Source of the DNA: Candidatus Omnitrophota bacterium
GTDB taxonomy: Bacteria; Omnitrophota; Gorgyraeia; Zapsychrales; JANLHA01
Length of the DNA stretch: 64,000 nucleotides
Direction: 5' to 3'
NCBI GenBank assembly: GCA_029560465.1
Contig: JAKQKX010000062.1
Coordinates: 3,836-67,835, forward strand
Made by a program: the position numbers and the translations under genes. The notes below the pieces were generated by a model. The model was not told where the DNA came from and did no database searches. It saw only the letters and a list, made by a program, of their open reading frames with translations. Positions within the stretch are counted from its first letter, which is position 1, and each line of letters begins with the position of its first letter. Shown here piece after piece: positions 9,156 through 19,287 of this stretch.

Positions 9156-10181
9156 ATGGTTATTTCTGATCAACCGCGGGGGGATGTCGTTAAGGCCGTC
9201 GGACTTGTGTCCGGTGGGCTGGACAGCGCGCTAGCGGTTAAAATTTTAACGGATATCGGGGTTGACGTCACCGTCGTGACGTTTGTCATGCCTTGGGGTG
9301 ATCGCGAGCCCCTCCAGGTCCAGGCTTTGGCCCGGCAGCTGGGGGTCCCTTTAAAAGTTTTTGCGTTGGGGGAAGATTATCTTGAGATGTTGCAGCACCC
9401 CTGTTACGGGTATGGGGCGGCGTTTAACCCTTGCATGGACTGTCATTTATTCATGATGAAAAAGGCGGCTCAGTATATGAGGGAGGTCGGAGCCGAATTC
9501 CTTTTTACGGGGGAGGTTCTCGGCCAACGGTCCATGTCGCAGAGACGGGCGTGTTTGAATGTCCTGGAAAAAGCTGCGGGGCTGGAAGGCCGTTTGTTAA
9601 GGCCCTTGTCGGCCGGCTTGTTGGCGCCCACGATCCCGGAACAGGACGGGCGTGTTGACCGCGGCCGCCTCTTGGGCCTTTCAGGGAAGGGACGGCAGGC
9701 GCAGTTCGCTTTGGCTAAACAATGGGGGATTACCGCGTTTTCTCCTCCCGGAGGGGGCTGCCTGCTGACGGAAGGCCCTTTCGGCCGGAAAATGAAAGAT
9801 TTCTTGCGATTTGGTTTCCGGGATTACCGGGAGACCGTTCTTCTAAGATGGGGGCGGTATTTCCGTTTGTCATCGGATTTCGTGGCGGTCCTGGGACGGG
9901 ATGAACATGAAAATGAGCAGCTTCTGACGTCGGGCCATCCGGATGACCTGATGATGACATTATCTGGGGACAAGCCAGGGCCTTTGCTTATCTTGAAAGG
10001 GGCTTCCCCGCCCCAGGTCATTCTTTCGATGGCGGCGGGGCTTGTTCAGCATTATTCAAAATATAAGGGGGAGGCGCCGCAACCGGTTGATTACGCGTGC
10101 TTGCGCCGCCTTTCAGACAGGTCTTCCGTGATGGCCACCCGGCTGGAGGAACAGCAAATTTGGCAATGGCGGGTTGGATAG
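9156..10181 (+). CDS. ThiI/MnmA-like PP-loop tRNA thiolase with DUF814-like C-terminus
   Basis: SGGLDS, NPCMDCH, TGEVLGQRSMSQ, LLRPLSA, GGCLLT, LGRDEHEN. Confidence 0.82.
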   Translation: MVISDQPRGDVVKAVGLVSGGLDSALAVKILTDIGVDVTVVTFVMPWGDREPLQVQALARQLGVPLKVFALGEDYLEMLQHPCYGYGAAFNPCMDCHLFMMKKAAQYMREVGAEFLFTGEVLGQRSMSQRRACLNVLEKAAGLEGRLLRPLSAGLLAPTIPEQDGRVDRGRLLGLSGKGRQAQFALAKQWGITAFSPPGGGCLLTEGPFGRKMKDFLRFGFRDYRETVLLRWGRYFRLSSDFVAVLGRDEHENEQLLTSGHPDDLMMTLSGDKPGPLLILKGASPPQVILSMAAGLVQHYSKYKGEAPQPVDYACLRRLSDRSSVMATRLEEQQIWQWRVG

Positions 10182-10190
10182 GAATTTTTC

Positions 10191-11789
10191 ATGCTCAAGG
10201 GAAAAAATATTTTTGTAAGACCCGCCACACCGCTTTATCAAAAATTATTGCTGGTGACCGGCGGCGTGGTTTTGTCTTTGTCCATCGTGGAAGGGCTTTT
10301 GCGGGGAGGAGGACTGCTTTTTTCTTTCTTCCAGGATGTTTCCAACCGGGTCACGTTTGAGGGCCAGGAGTACCGGATCCTCTGTATCGGGGAGTCGACA
10401 ACCGCCTTGGGTGGGGAAAATTCTTATCCGTCCCAACTCGGGCAGATTTTAAAGCAACGGCGCCCGGATTTTTCTTTTCAGATTATCAATAAAGGTTTGG
10501 TCTCGAAAACATCAGCCGATATCCTGCTTCAGCTGCCCGGGTATCTTCAGGCGTACCGGCCGCACGCCGTTGTCGCGATGATAGGGATCAATGACGCCGG
10601 GACCTTGGGCGAAACCAGGCAAGCTGCCCAAGGGGGCCGGCCTGTTTTCGCGCGGTTGCGGCTGTACAAGCTGTTTCGTTATATCCATCTCCATGTGACC
10701 GCGAAGCTGCGGGAACGGCGGGGGAACGGCCTTCGCCCGCAAGCCACTGGCGACGGGCAGAAAGAGGCCGGGGAGGAAAGCCCTGTCACGGACGCCCGAA
10801 CTTCGGAGATCGTGCGGGACCGCGTCCGGAGGCTTGAAGAATTGAGAGCCGCGGCCGGGGCGCAGCTGGCGCGGAACCGCTCGCCGGAAGAACGGTCCGT
10901 GATTTTGCGGCGGATGAGCCAGTTGAAGGTTACGGAGAGTTACCTGCGCCTGCATCTGGGGTGGTATCACCGCATGCATCAGAATTACGGCGAGGCCGAG
11001 GAGCACCTGCGGGCGGCGGTTCAACTGGACCGAAATAATTACGGGGCTTTTGTGGAGCTGGCCCGTTGTTACTCCGAACAGGACCGGTGCGGGGACGCCC
11101 TCCCTTTGCTGCACCGGGCCGTGCTTTTGAGCGCGGATTCAGTGCTGGCGATGATGGAGTTGGCCAAATGCTATGAGGCCGTCGGCCGCAGTGACGTGGC
11201 GAAAGATTTTTACTGGAAAGTGTTTCTAAAAGATTCTCAGCTTTTTAAGCTCGATGGAACCATCGGGCGGTGGTTGATGGAACACGGGTTTTATCAGGAA
11301 GCGGAAATCGTGTTGAAGGAAACGATTGAGGAGTATCCGGAGGATTTCTTTTTTTATGAACAACTAGCGCAGCTTTATGCTGCGATCGGGGAGGAGGAAA
11401 AAGCCCGGAGCATCTTCGCGCGGGGCAATGCCGTTCGGGAGCAGCAGGAGAGGTATTTGCCCGAGACCGTGGATAATTACCGGACAATAGCGTCCCTGAT
11501 TTTAAAGCGCGGGATCCGGTTGGTTTGCATGCAGTACCCGCTTCGGGATATCGGGCCTTTAAAGGATATTTTCCCGGGGCGCCCGGAGATCCTTTTTGTG
11601 GAGAACAAAAGAAATTTTGCCGAGGCTTTACGCGAGGGGGATTATAACGAGTATTTTTCGGATTCGTTTGCCGGGAATTTCGGGCACTGCACGCCGAAAG
11701 GGAACCGTCTCATTGCGGAGCAATTGGCGGACATCATCTTATCTGAAGCCGGGCGGGGCTCAGAAAAGAAGGTCGGGGATGAACGATAA
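10191..11789 (+). CDS. Membrane-anchored SGNH/GDSL-hydrolase-like protein with inserted TPR repeats
   Basis: N-terminal TM; ILCIGESTT, INKG, MIGIND; central TPR helices; C-terminal FSDSFAGNFGHCTPKGNRLIA. Confidence 0.72.
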   Translation: MLKGKNIFVRPATPLYQKLLLVTGGVVLSLSIVEGLLRGGGLLFSFFQDVSNRVTFEGQEYRILCIGESTTALGGENSYPSQLGQILKQRRPDFSFQIINKGLVSKTSADILLQLPGYLQAYRPHAVVAMIGINDAGTLGETRQAAQGGRPVFARLRLYKLFRYIHLHVTAKLRERRGNGLRPQATGDGQKEAGEESPVTDARTSEIVRDRVRRLEELRAAAGAQLARNRSPEERSVILRRMSQLKVTESYLRLHLGWYHRMHQNYGEAEEHLRAAVQLDRNNYGAFVELARCYSEQDRCGDALPLLHRAVLLSADSVLAMMELAKCYEAVGRSDVAKDFYWKVFLKDSQLFKLDGTIGRWLMEHGFYQEAEIVLKETIEEYPEDFFFYEQLAQLYAAIGEEEKARSIFARGNAVREQQERYLPETVDNYRTIASLILKRGIRLVCMQYPLRDIGPLKDIFPGRPEILFVENKRNFAEALREGDYNEYFSDSFAGNFGHCTPKGNRLIAEQLADIILSEAGRGSEKKVGDER

Positions 11790-12363
11790 GGAACGTTTGG
11801 ATAAGGAGCGGGATTTCCGGCGCCTTTACGATTTTGTCGCCCAGCAGGTTCTTGCCGGGCTGTATAAATCGGATATTATTGATAAACTTATTGATCTGGG
11901 GGTGGACAGGGTCACGGCGGCTGACCTTGTCGGGGAGATGGAGCGCCGGATGAAAAATATGATGGCGCGGACCGTGCTGTGTCTGTTGCGCCGCGATCCC
12001 TGGAGGCAGCGGTTATGCGAAGAATTAAGATATTTGGGCTTTCAGCCCTTTATAACCGAAGATGAGGAAGAGGCGGCCGTCCAGGTCCGAAAGATTGTTC
12101 CCAACCTGATTTTTTTAGACAATCAGGTCCTCGCTTCGGATGGCTTGAATTTTATAAAGGCGCTGCGCCAGTCTCCTATCGGCAGGAAAATTCCGGTTTT
12201 TCTGCTGTCGGACCGGCCTCTTCAAAAGGACACGTTCTTAGCGTTCAAATTTGTCGAGTTTATTGAGAAGCCGGTGAGCCCGTCGGATATTTGTTCCCGC
12301 ATTAAAAGGCTCTTCCTGTTCCCGGGGGAGGATCAATGCGGGGGAATTCCCGATGACAGATAA
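11779..12363 (+). CDS. Atypical response regulator receiver protein with an N-terminal helical extension
   Basis: PNLIFLD, DGLNFIKALR, IPVFLLS, FIEKP; the first acidic pair is replaced by RRD. Confidence 0.7.
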   Translation: MNDKERLDKERDFRRLYDFVAQQVLAGLYKSDIIDKLIDLGVDRVTAADLVGEMERRMKNMMARTVLCLLRRDPWRQRLCEELRYLGFQPFITEDEEEAAVQVRKIVPNLIFLDNQVLASDGLNFIKALRQSPIGRKIPVFLLSDRPLQKDTFLAFKFVEFIEKPVSPSDICSRIKRLFLFPGEDQCGGIPDDR

Positions 12364-12461
12364 GCAGGCCCTGCTTTCCCCTGGGCCATTCCCTTGCCTG
12401 GCGTTGGGTTTAGGAGTAGAATAATTACTCATATTTGAAAATGGTATAAAAGGCGGGTCGC

Positions 12462-12974
12462 ATGGATTGGGTTTACCTTCAATTGTTGGGCCGGATGGTC
12501 CTCATCAATATTGTGCCGTTTTTTCTGGTCTTTCATTTGGTGATGAAAAGGCGGGATCAATTCCGGGGAAAGGGGCACAGTGAATTAAAATTGATCGCCA
12601 AGGAGATTCAGATTGTCGGCTTGCTGGGATATTACGTGATTTTATCGATTTTCTTTTTCTCGATCCCGGTGCTGCAGTATCTCAACACCAAGCCGGGGTA
12701 CAATATCGTCCTTGTTCAGCCGGATGACTATACGGTCTTCCTTATTTCATTCATTTCTTTTTCCCTTGTTGTGTGTTCCGTGTATTTGAAATGGAAACGG
12801 GTTTGGGCGTACCGGCTGTCTTTGTTTATCATAACCGGATTATTGATTTACGCTTTCTTTTCTATCCTGGAGTGGGGGTTGATTTCTTTCGTCCCGGTCA
12901 CCGTGTTCGCATATTTGACGTACCGGCTGAAGCGCCCGTCTCTCCATCGGGAACTGCGGATAAAAGAGCGGTGA
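12462..12974 (+). CDS. Hypothetical integral membrane protein (about 5 TM)
   Basis: Hydrophobic 170-aa ORF; stop overlaps the next start (TGATG). Confidence 0.7.
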   Translation: MDWVYLQLLGRMVLINIVPFFLVFHLVMKRRDQFRGKGHSELKLIAKEIQIVGLLGYYVILSIFFFSIPVLQYLNTKPGYNIVLVQPDDYTVFLISFISFSLVVCSVYLKWKRVWAYRLSLFIITGLLIYAFFSILEWGLISFVPVTVFAYLTYRLKRPSLHRELRIKER

Positions 12975-13744
12975 TGAAAAGGCGCGTTTTGGTTTTATTC
13001 CTGTGTTGTGTTTCCGGGTGGGGTTGGCCGGCGGCGCTCCCGGCGGTTGAGGAACACCCTGCGATCACCCGGCTGACAACCCGGATTCAGGATGAGTTCG
13101 GCATCAGGATCATTTACCGCGAAGTGCCGGAAGAAATTCATCCTGCCATAGTTTTTTCCCCCCCGGAGCCTCAAGATGATGGTGCCCTGGTTAAATATTT
13201 GATATTGTTGCAGGAGGAGCTTCGCCGCTATCCGGAATGTTTTTATCAAAAAATCCGGCTCGAGGCTATCGTGCTGGTGAAACGGCAATTTTACGATTCC
13301 CGGCCTTTGGAGGGGCTGTATCAGCGCAATACCCGTATTATTGTTTTTGATTTTTTGAGAAATCAGGAACATGTCATTAAGCAACGCCTTAATGTCCACC
13401 ATGAGCTTTATCACATGTTTGAAAGTCAAAACGGGCTGGCATGGCGGTTTCGTGATTGGGAAAGCATGAACGTGCCGGGCTTTGCCTATCATGTCCCGGA
13501 AACCTTGCAGCCGGGCGGGAATCCGGTGAATTATTTCGCTCCGCCGGTTCAGGGATTTGTGACGTATTATGCCATGAAGAATCAGGCCGAAGACCGGGCG
13601 GAAATATTCGCGGCCCTGATGATAGCCAGCCAGCGGCGGGTCGTGCTCCGATGGATCAAGAATGACCCGGTCCTTCGGGAAAAAGTCAACATTCTCCGGG
13701 CGGAGGTGATCGGGTTATGCCCGGACATGGAAGGAAGGCTTTGA
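12974..13744 (+). CDS. Exported putative zinc metallopeptidase
   Basis: Signal peptide MKRRVLVLFLCC..; HELYH (HExxH) motif; GFVTYYA...EDRAEIF third-ligand motif. Confidence 0.75.
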   Translation: MKRRVLVLFLCCVSGWGWPAALPAVEEHPAITRLTTRIQDEFGIRIIYREVPEEIHPAIVFSPPEPQDDGALVKYLILLQEELRRYPECFYQKIRLEAIVLVKRQFYDSRPLEGLYQRNTRIIVFDFLRNQEHVIKQRLNVHHELYHMFESQNGLAWRFRDWESMNVPGFAYHVPETLQPGGNPVNYFAPPVQGFVTYYAMKNQAEDRAEIFAALMIASQRRVVLRWIKNDPVLREKVNILRAEVIGLCPDMEGRL

Positions 13745-13808
13745 TCCCGCTTTTTCAGCCGGAGGAGCGGAAGTCAACGGAAACAGGGGAGAAGTGGAAT
13801 AAACTTAA

Positions 13809-13836
13809 TTGCTAAAAAATTTTTATCCTTTATAAT
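13809..13836 (+). promoter_or_regulatory. Putative sigma70 promoter
   Basis: TTGCTA, 16 nt spacer, TATAAT in an AT-rich gap. Confidence 0.4.
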
Positions 13837-13862
13837 AGAAATAAAGAAAGGAAATATATAAA

Positions 13863-14258
13863 ATGAAAAAGACTATAAATATTATTTTAATAATTATAAA
13901 TATTATAGGGTTCACGCCATGGGTTGCTGCTGGAGAATCCCGGGGGGATTATGTAAAAAAGGAATATTATGATAATGGGAACCTGAAGCTTTATTTGAAA
14001 TTTAAAAACGAGCGGATCGTTCGTAAAAAAGCTTTCTACCGCAACGGCCGCGTTAGGGAGGATTGGGTTTACCGTGACGGGGAGCTGCTGCGCATTGCCC
14101 ACTATTATGAGAGCGGGCGTTTATATAGTGTGTGGACGAAGAAATCGGGGGTGACGAAGTATTATGATTCGAATGGCCGGTTACGGACCGCAGTTGACCT
14201 GCGTCCTGAAAATTTGAATTCGGGTCTTCCTTCCACGTTTATTTTTTCCGGCCCTTGA
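13863..14258 (+). CDS. Exported MORN-variant (YwqK-like) repeat protein
   Basis: Signal peptide; repeats EYYDNGNLK, FYRNGRVR, YYESGRLY, YYDSNGRL. Confidence 0.78.
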   Translation: MKKTINIILIIINIIGFTPWVAAGESRGDYVKKEYYDNGNLKLYLKFKNERIVRKKAFYRNGRVREDWVYRDGELLRIAHYYESGRLYSVWTKKSGVTKYYDSNGRLRTAVDLRPENLNSGLPSTFIFSGP

Positions 14259-14326
14259 GGAGTGGCGTTTGCTGTCTTCCTGAGGTGAAGGTTTGATAAA
14301 TCAGGTGATTATGAAGGGATCGGGAG

Positions 14327-15670
14327 ATGTCTTTTGGGCTTCTAGGGGTGGTGTTTTCGTTTATTTTTTTTGATGCCGTTTTTATTAAGAAACAGGACCC
14401 GGTGCTTTATCAAAAATGTGTCCGGTCAGGTTTTTGGCCGGTCGCAGCCTATGGTGTCCTGGTGCTGATGCTTTTTGTGTTATCCAAGCGATGGGAGGAC
14501 CTCCCGGTTTACGGGTTTCTTTTTGTCCTTCCGGTTTACTTGTTCAAGCGTTACGGGTTTCTTAGGAGATTAAACCCGGCCCGCAGGGACCCGCAGGTCT
14601 TGGGCCTCGGGCTTTCCCTCACCCTGGATGCGTTCAACATGGCGCTGATTTGGGCTGCGGTCATGTCTCTTTTGACCATGGGATTAGAGTTTTTTTCGAG
14701 CCTTTACCCTCAAATGCAATCTGATCTCGGGGAGGTTGTATTCATTTCTGGGCTGTCGCCACTTTTTCTTTTATGGTTTATTAACAAAAGCATCCGGAAG
14801 TACCGGGATATTTCTTTTAGAGAAATCCTTGGCCTGCAGCGCCAGGGCCTTCCCTTGTGGAGGCTGATCGGCGTCCCGTTCCTGGCCGGCATCGGAATGG
14901 CGGCGGTTTCCAGTATGATGATCCATTCCCGGGAGGCTCAGCCGGCGACTCCGTTGACCCGGATGGTGGAATCGACGACATCACCGTGGATATTTTTGTC
15001 ATTACTTGTGGTTGCGGTGTTTATGGCGCCTTTTTTGGAGGAAATTATTTTCCGTGGATACCTTTATTATCTTGTCGAGAAGATAAAAGGGAAAAAAACG
15101 GCGGTCATCCTTATCGCGTTCCTTTTTGGCCTCCTGCATGTCGAACAGTACTGGGGCGATTGGACCGCGATCACGATGGTGGCTATCCTGGGCGTTTTGC
15201 TGACCTTACAACGGATGTGGACGCGTTCCTCTATCCCTGGGGTTATTACGCATTACGTTTATAATGGGGCCATGACGGTCTTGTCCGTCCTGGTTTTTAT
15301 GACCAGTTATCCGAGTTATTATGAATTCCAGACAAAGTTTCCCGAGTTGACTTTTCAGGAGAAAGAAACGCTGCTTAAAAAGAGCATGGAGCAGTCCCCG
15401 GGATTAGCCGGTCCTTATAACGATTTGGCCTGGATTTACGCCGAGCAAAATATACATCTGTCCCGGGCCTTGGAGTTGGCGGACCGGGCTTTGGCCCTGG
15501 ATCCGGATAATTACGCGTTTTTGGACACGAAAGCGGAGGTCCTGTATAGATTAGGACGGGTTGATGAAGCTGTGGCTATTGCCGAGACGCTGGTACGGGA
15601 ATATTCTGCCAATGCGTATTCTCAGCAGCAATTGGATAAATTTAAGTCGGGGTTGAAAGAAGAGGAATAA
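14327..15670 (+). CDS. CPBP (CAAX/Abi) family intramembrane protease with C-terminal TPR
   Basis: APFLEEIIFRG, FGLLH, HYVYN; C-terminal YNDLAWIYA...FLDTKAEVLYRLG TPR. Confidence 0.85.
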   Translation: MSFGLLGVVFSFIFFDAVFIKKQDPVLYQKCVRSGFWPVAAYGVLVLMLFVLSKRWEDLPVYGFLFVLPVYLFKRYGFLRRLNPARRDPQVLGLGLSLTLDAFNMALIWAAVMSLLTMGLEFFSSLYPQMQSDLGEVVFISGLSPLFLLWFINKSIRKYRDISFREILGLQRQGLPLWRLIGVPFLAGIGMAAVSSMMIHSREAQPATPLTRMVESTTSPWIFLSLLVVAVFMAPFLEEIIFRGYLYYLVEKIKGKKTAVILIAFLFGLLHVEQYWGDWTAITMVAILGVLLTLQRMWTRSSIPGVITHYVYNGAMTVLSVLVFMTSYPSYYEFQTKFPELTFQEKETLLKKSMEQSPGLAGPYNDLAWIYAEQNIHLSRALELADRALALDPDNYAFLDTKAEVLYRLGRVDEAVAIAETLVREYSANAYSQQQLDKFKSGLKEEE

Positions 15671-15671
15671 C

Positions 15672-17246
15672 ATGCTGAAAATTTTTTTAAGGACGGGACT
15701 TATGGTATGCATTTTTGTAACGGGAGTCTGGGCGGAAGAACCTGGTGGCCCTATTGCCGGGCCTCCTTCGGAGGGGACGGCGGCCGCGGCGCTGGACGCG
15801 CGCCCGGCAGAACCCGCCGGAGAAAGAGAGCCGGGATTATCCTTAGAGTCCACGCGGGAATCCTTTGTGATTGAAATCCGAATCCCAGAAAGCCCTCTGG
15901 ACCCCGATGCTGTCCCGGTCGTTCCGAGGGTAGCCTCCCCGACCCAGAAGATCCTTCCGGAAGTGGATTTTCATCAGAGCCCTTTTCCAGACGCTTTGCG
16001 GGTTATCTCTGAAGGAAGTGGGGTGCCGATTGAGGGCGCGGACGCTTTATCGGGAACGGTCACCCTGTGTTTGCGGGAGATATCTTTTGAGCAGCTGTTA
16101 TTTTTACTTATGAAAATGAGTAAGGGGGCTTTTGTGTTTGAAGGCCAGAATGTCCGTGTTATGACTTCCGACGCGTATGAAATTAAGTACGGGCAGCCTT
16201 TTGCGCCGGAAATAGATGTTGCTGTCATGCCCTTGCGTCACCGGACGGTTAAAGACATAAAAGAGAATTTGGAGCAGTTGGAAAGCCTGAAAGGCCATTT
16301 GTTCATGGACGAGAAGAATCAACAGTTGATCGTTTTGGACCGGCAGGACCCTATGGAACAGATGATGGCGCTGCTGAGGTCTTGGGATATGCCTCCTTTG
16401 ACGACGAAAACGTTTCCTTTGCAGAACCTTAAACCGGAGACTGCGGCGGAAAGGCTGTCGGTTGTGTTAACGGAAAATGTCGGGACGGTGACTGTGAATT
16501 CGGAAACCCGGCAAGTGACCGTGAGGGATGCGACGGCGAATTTTCAGAAGATTGAGACATTCCTTCAAGCGCTGTCCCAAGCTCCCGAAATCGTGTGGCG
16601 GCTTCAGATGTCGAGGATTCAACTGAACGAAGAGCATCAAGACGGGATTGATTGGGAGGCGATTGTCTCAGAATACCAGAAGGCTGGCATTTTGGGGTAC
16701 AAAGTGGGCCTGCCTCCTGAACAGAACCATTTGAGCGTCGGGACGATCACCCAAGAAGATCTGCCGGTGCTCAAAGACGCTTTGGACGCGGCGGGACAAC
16801 TGATCGATCTTTACGACATGACAGAAGGGGCTGATTTTAACAATGAGATAACTTTTGTTTTGGATACGATGCAGAACCCGAAAAAATTCCGGGACCCTGA
16901 GGGGCTCGCCTTGACGCTCAAGGTGCGTTTGAAAAAGGCCGACAGGGAAAAGTATGTGGTCCAGGTGAACCCGGATTTGACCTGGTTAGCCGACAATGCG
17001 CCGGCAGTCCAGCCGTCCTCGGTGGAGACTTTTACCCCTCAGGATTCGATAGCGGTCCTGTTAAGAAAACATGACGTTATCGTCCTGGGTGGGCTATTGA
17101 GGGAAAAAGAATTGGAACGGACATCTAAAATTCCGTTGCTCGGGGATTTGCCTTTCCTGGGTTTCATTTTCCGTTCCGAGAACCGGCTGATTTTACGTAC
17201 GGAATACATTATTTTCTTGATCCCTGATTTTCCGGAATTGCCTTGA
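15672..17246 (+). CDS. Secretin (GspD/PilQ family), divergent paralog
   Basis: Signal peptide, N0/N3-like domains, GIDWEAI, VLGGLL, SKIPLLGDLPFLGFIFRS. Confidence 0.82.
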   Translation: MLKIFLRTGLMVCIFVTGVWAEEPGGPIAGPPSEGTAAAALDARPAEPAGEREPGLSLESTRESFVIEIRIPESPLDPDAVPVVPRVASPTQKILPEVDFHQSPFPDALRVISEGSGVPIEGADALSGTVTLCLREISFEQLLFLLMKMSKGAFVFEGQNVRVMTSDAYEIKYGQPFAPEIDVAVMPLRHRTVKDIKENLEQLESLKGHLFMDEKNQQLIVLDRQDPMEQMMALLRSWDMPPLTTKTFPLQNLKPETAAERLSVVLTENVGTVTVNSETRQVTVRDATANFQKIETFLQALSQAPEIVWRLQMSRIQLNEEHQDGIDWEAIVSEYQKAGILGYKVGLPPEQNHLSVGTITQEDLPVLKDALDAAGQLIDLYDMTEGADFNNEITFVLDTMQNPKKFRDPEGLALTLKVRLKKADREKYVVQVNPDLTWLADNAPAVQPSSVETFTPQDSIAVLLRKHDVIVLGGLLREKELERTSKIPLLGDLPFLGFIFRSENRLILRTEYIIFLIPDFPELP

Positions 17247-17305
17247 AGGGGCGTTACCGGCCGTATGCTTTTTCCCTGGACCTGATCCTGTCAACACGGA
17301 TAGCT

Positions 17306-19255
17306 ATGAGAAACGTTTTAGAAATTATAATACGCGTTTCCTCTCAACGGCAGGGATTCGTTCTCCTTGTCCTGGCCTTCGCGTTCACGGCGGTTATTTA
17401 CAGGCCGGTGATGCCGGGCGAGTTCGTGTGGGATGACCAGGGGCATTTTGAGTCCAATCCGTTGATCCGCCGGTTGACGGTCTCCCGGGTGGGGGAGATC
17501 CTTTCATCAACAGTTTATGATATATACATTCCGTTGACCATGCTTTCGTTCGCGCTGGAGTATCCTTTCTCTCGCGGGTCTCCGGCGGTTTCCCGCATTA
17601 ATAATTTATTCCTTCATGGGGGTGTCCTTGTCCTGGTTTATTGTTTGGCCCTTCAGGCTGGTGTTACGGAACGGGCCGCGGGCATGGCGGCGTTTATTTT
17701 TGGGATCCATCCGATGCATGTCGAAGCGGTGGCCTGGATCAGCGCCCGGAAAGATGTTTTGAGCACGTTTTTTTATTTCTGGGCGCTTCTTCAATACATG
17801 AGGTATCTCCGGACCCGTGAACGGGGCCGGTACCTTTTGACGTTGTTTTTCGGGCTGTTAAGCATGCTGGCAAAACCGATGGCGGCTAGCCTGCCGGTCG
17901 CCTTGTTCGTCTGTGACAGCTTCACTGGCCGGCGGCTGACCCGGCTGTCTGTCCTGGAGAAGCTCCCTTTGGCCTTGATGCTGTTCCCCCTGGCGTGGTT
18001 CACCCTTTCCCGAAACTTAGGGCAGGGCACGGCTCCTTTGCCGGTTTCGATTTTGACCTGGTTTTGGACGTTCATGTTTTATCTGCGGAAATTTTTTATC
18101 CCTTTTAACCTGTGCCCGCTTTATGATTGGCCGGGGCCCGTTTCTTGGCCGCAGGAGGCATACAGGAACGCCCTGTTGGCCGGCATGGCGTTAGGGGGGA
18201 GTGGGTATCTTTTAAGAAAAAGAAAGTGGTTTTATTTTCCCGTGATGTTTTACGTGGCGACGATCTTTCTCGTCCTGAGGACCAGCCCTCATGGCGTGGG
18301 GCTGACCCCTGTCGCCGACCGGTATATGTATTTACCCAGCTTGGGATTCTGTTTGGCTCTGGGCGCGGCATATGACCGCCTGTCGCGCGCCGTTGAGAAT
18401 AAAGGGCGTGGATATTTTTTGGGAACGCAGGCTGTCGTCGGCGCAATTGCGGGCCTCCTGGTGTTCTCGGCTTTTCACCAGGCCTTGATCTGGAAGGACG
18501 GCTATTCCTTGTGGGGGTATGTGCTGAGACGCGACCCAGGGAATCCCGTCGCCCATGGCAATCTGGGCTTGGCGTTTCTTCGCGATGGGGACAAAGAATC
18601 GGCCCGAAAGCATTTTTTGTCTGCCGTCCGGCTTCATTCCATGGACGCCCAGAATTATAATAATCTCGGGAACCTGTTTTATGAAGAAGGCCGGCGGCAG
18701 GAAGCCAAGCAGTGTTTTGAGATGGCGTTGCGCCTGAATCCGGCTCACGCGCAGGCACACAGTAATTACGGGGTCGTGCTCATGGAGGGAGGGGACTATG
18801 CCCGCGCGCAAAGATTTTTGGCGCGCGCTGCGGCCCTGTCCCCCGGGCAGCCGGATATATTTAAAAATTTGGGGAATGTTTATCTGCTTCAAAATAAAGA
18901 TGTTTTGGCGGAACACGCGTATTTGCAGGCGCTCGCTTTAAACCCGTCTCTTTTGTATGTGCACAGTGTTTTGGCGGACATGTACCTAAAGAAAGGGGAT
19001 TTGGATAAAGCCGCCGTTCATTTTTCTGAAATTCTGATCTATGAGCCGGACAATGCCCGCGTGCATAATAGCCTCGGCGCTATTTATATAAAGAAATTTG
19101 ATCCCCGGCGAGCGGTGTACCATTTCCGTGAGGCTTTGCGGATCGACCCGCATTACGGGAACGCCCGGAACAATTTGAATATCCTCCTCGCGCAGACCGC
19201 CCTTCCCCCAGAAGAGGGGAACGCGGGCTGGACGATGGGGAAGCCCTGGGAATAA
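17306..19255 (+). CDS. TMTC-like GT-C (protein O-mannosyltransferase-like) membrane protein with C-terminal TPR array
   Basis: FVWDD, YIPLTMLSFALEY, HPMHVEAVAWISARKDVL, LAKPMA, ADRYMYLP, then about 7 TPRs. Confidence 0.82.
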   Translation: MRNVLEIIIRVSSQRQGFVLLVLAFAFTAVIYRPVMPGEFVWDDQGHFESNPLIRRLTVSRVGEILSSTVYDIYIPLTMLSFALEYPFSRGSPAVSRINNLFLHGGVLVLVYCLALQAGVTERAAGMAAFIFGIHPMHVEAVAWISARKDVLSTFFYFWALLQYMRYLRTRERGRYLLTLFFGLLSMLAKPMAASLPVALFVCDSFTGRRLTRLSVLEKLPLALMLFPLAWFTLSRNLGQGTAPLPVSILTWFWTFMFYLRKFFIPFNLCPLYDWPGPVSWPQEAYRNALLAGMALGGSGYLLRKRKWFYFPVMFYVATIFLVLRTSPHGVGLTPVADRYMYLPSLGFCLALGAAYDRLSRAVENKGRGYFLGTQAVVGAIAGLLVFSAFHQALIWKDGYSLWGYVLRRDPGNPVAHGNLGLAFLRDGDKESARKHFLSAVRLHSMDAQNYNNLGNLFYEEGRRQEAKQCFEMALRLNPAHAQAHSNYGVVLMEGGDYARAQRFLARAAALSPGQPDIFKNLGNVYLLQNKDVLAEHAYLQALALNPSLLYVHSVLADMYLKKGDLDKAAVHFSEILIYEPDNARVHNSLGAIYIKKFDPRRAVYHFREALRIDPHYGNARNNLNILLAQTALPPEEGNAGWTMGKPWE

Positions 19256-19287
19256 CGCCGGGGTTGTTTATAAGGACAGGAACGCAC

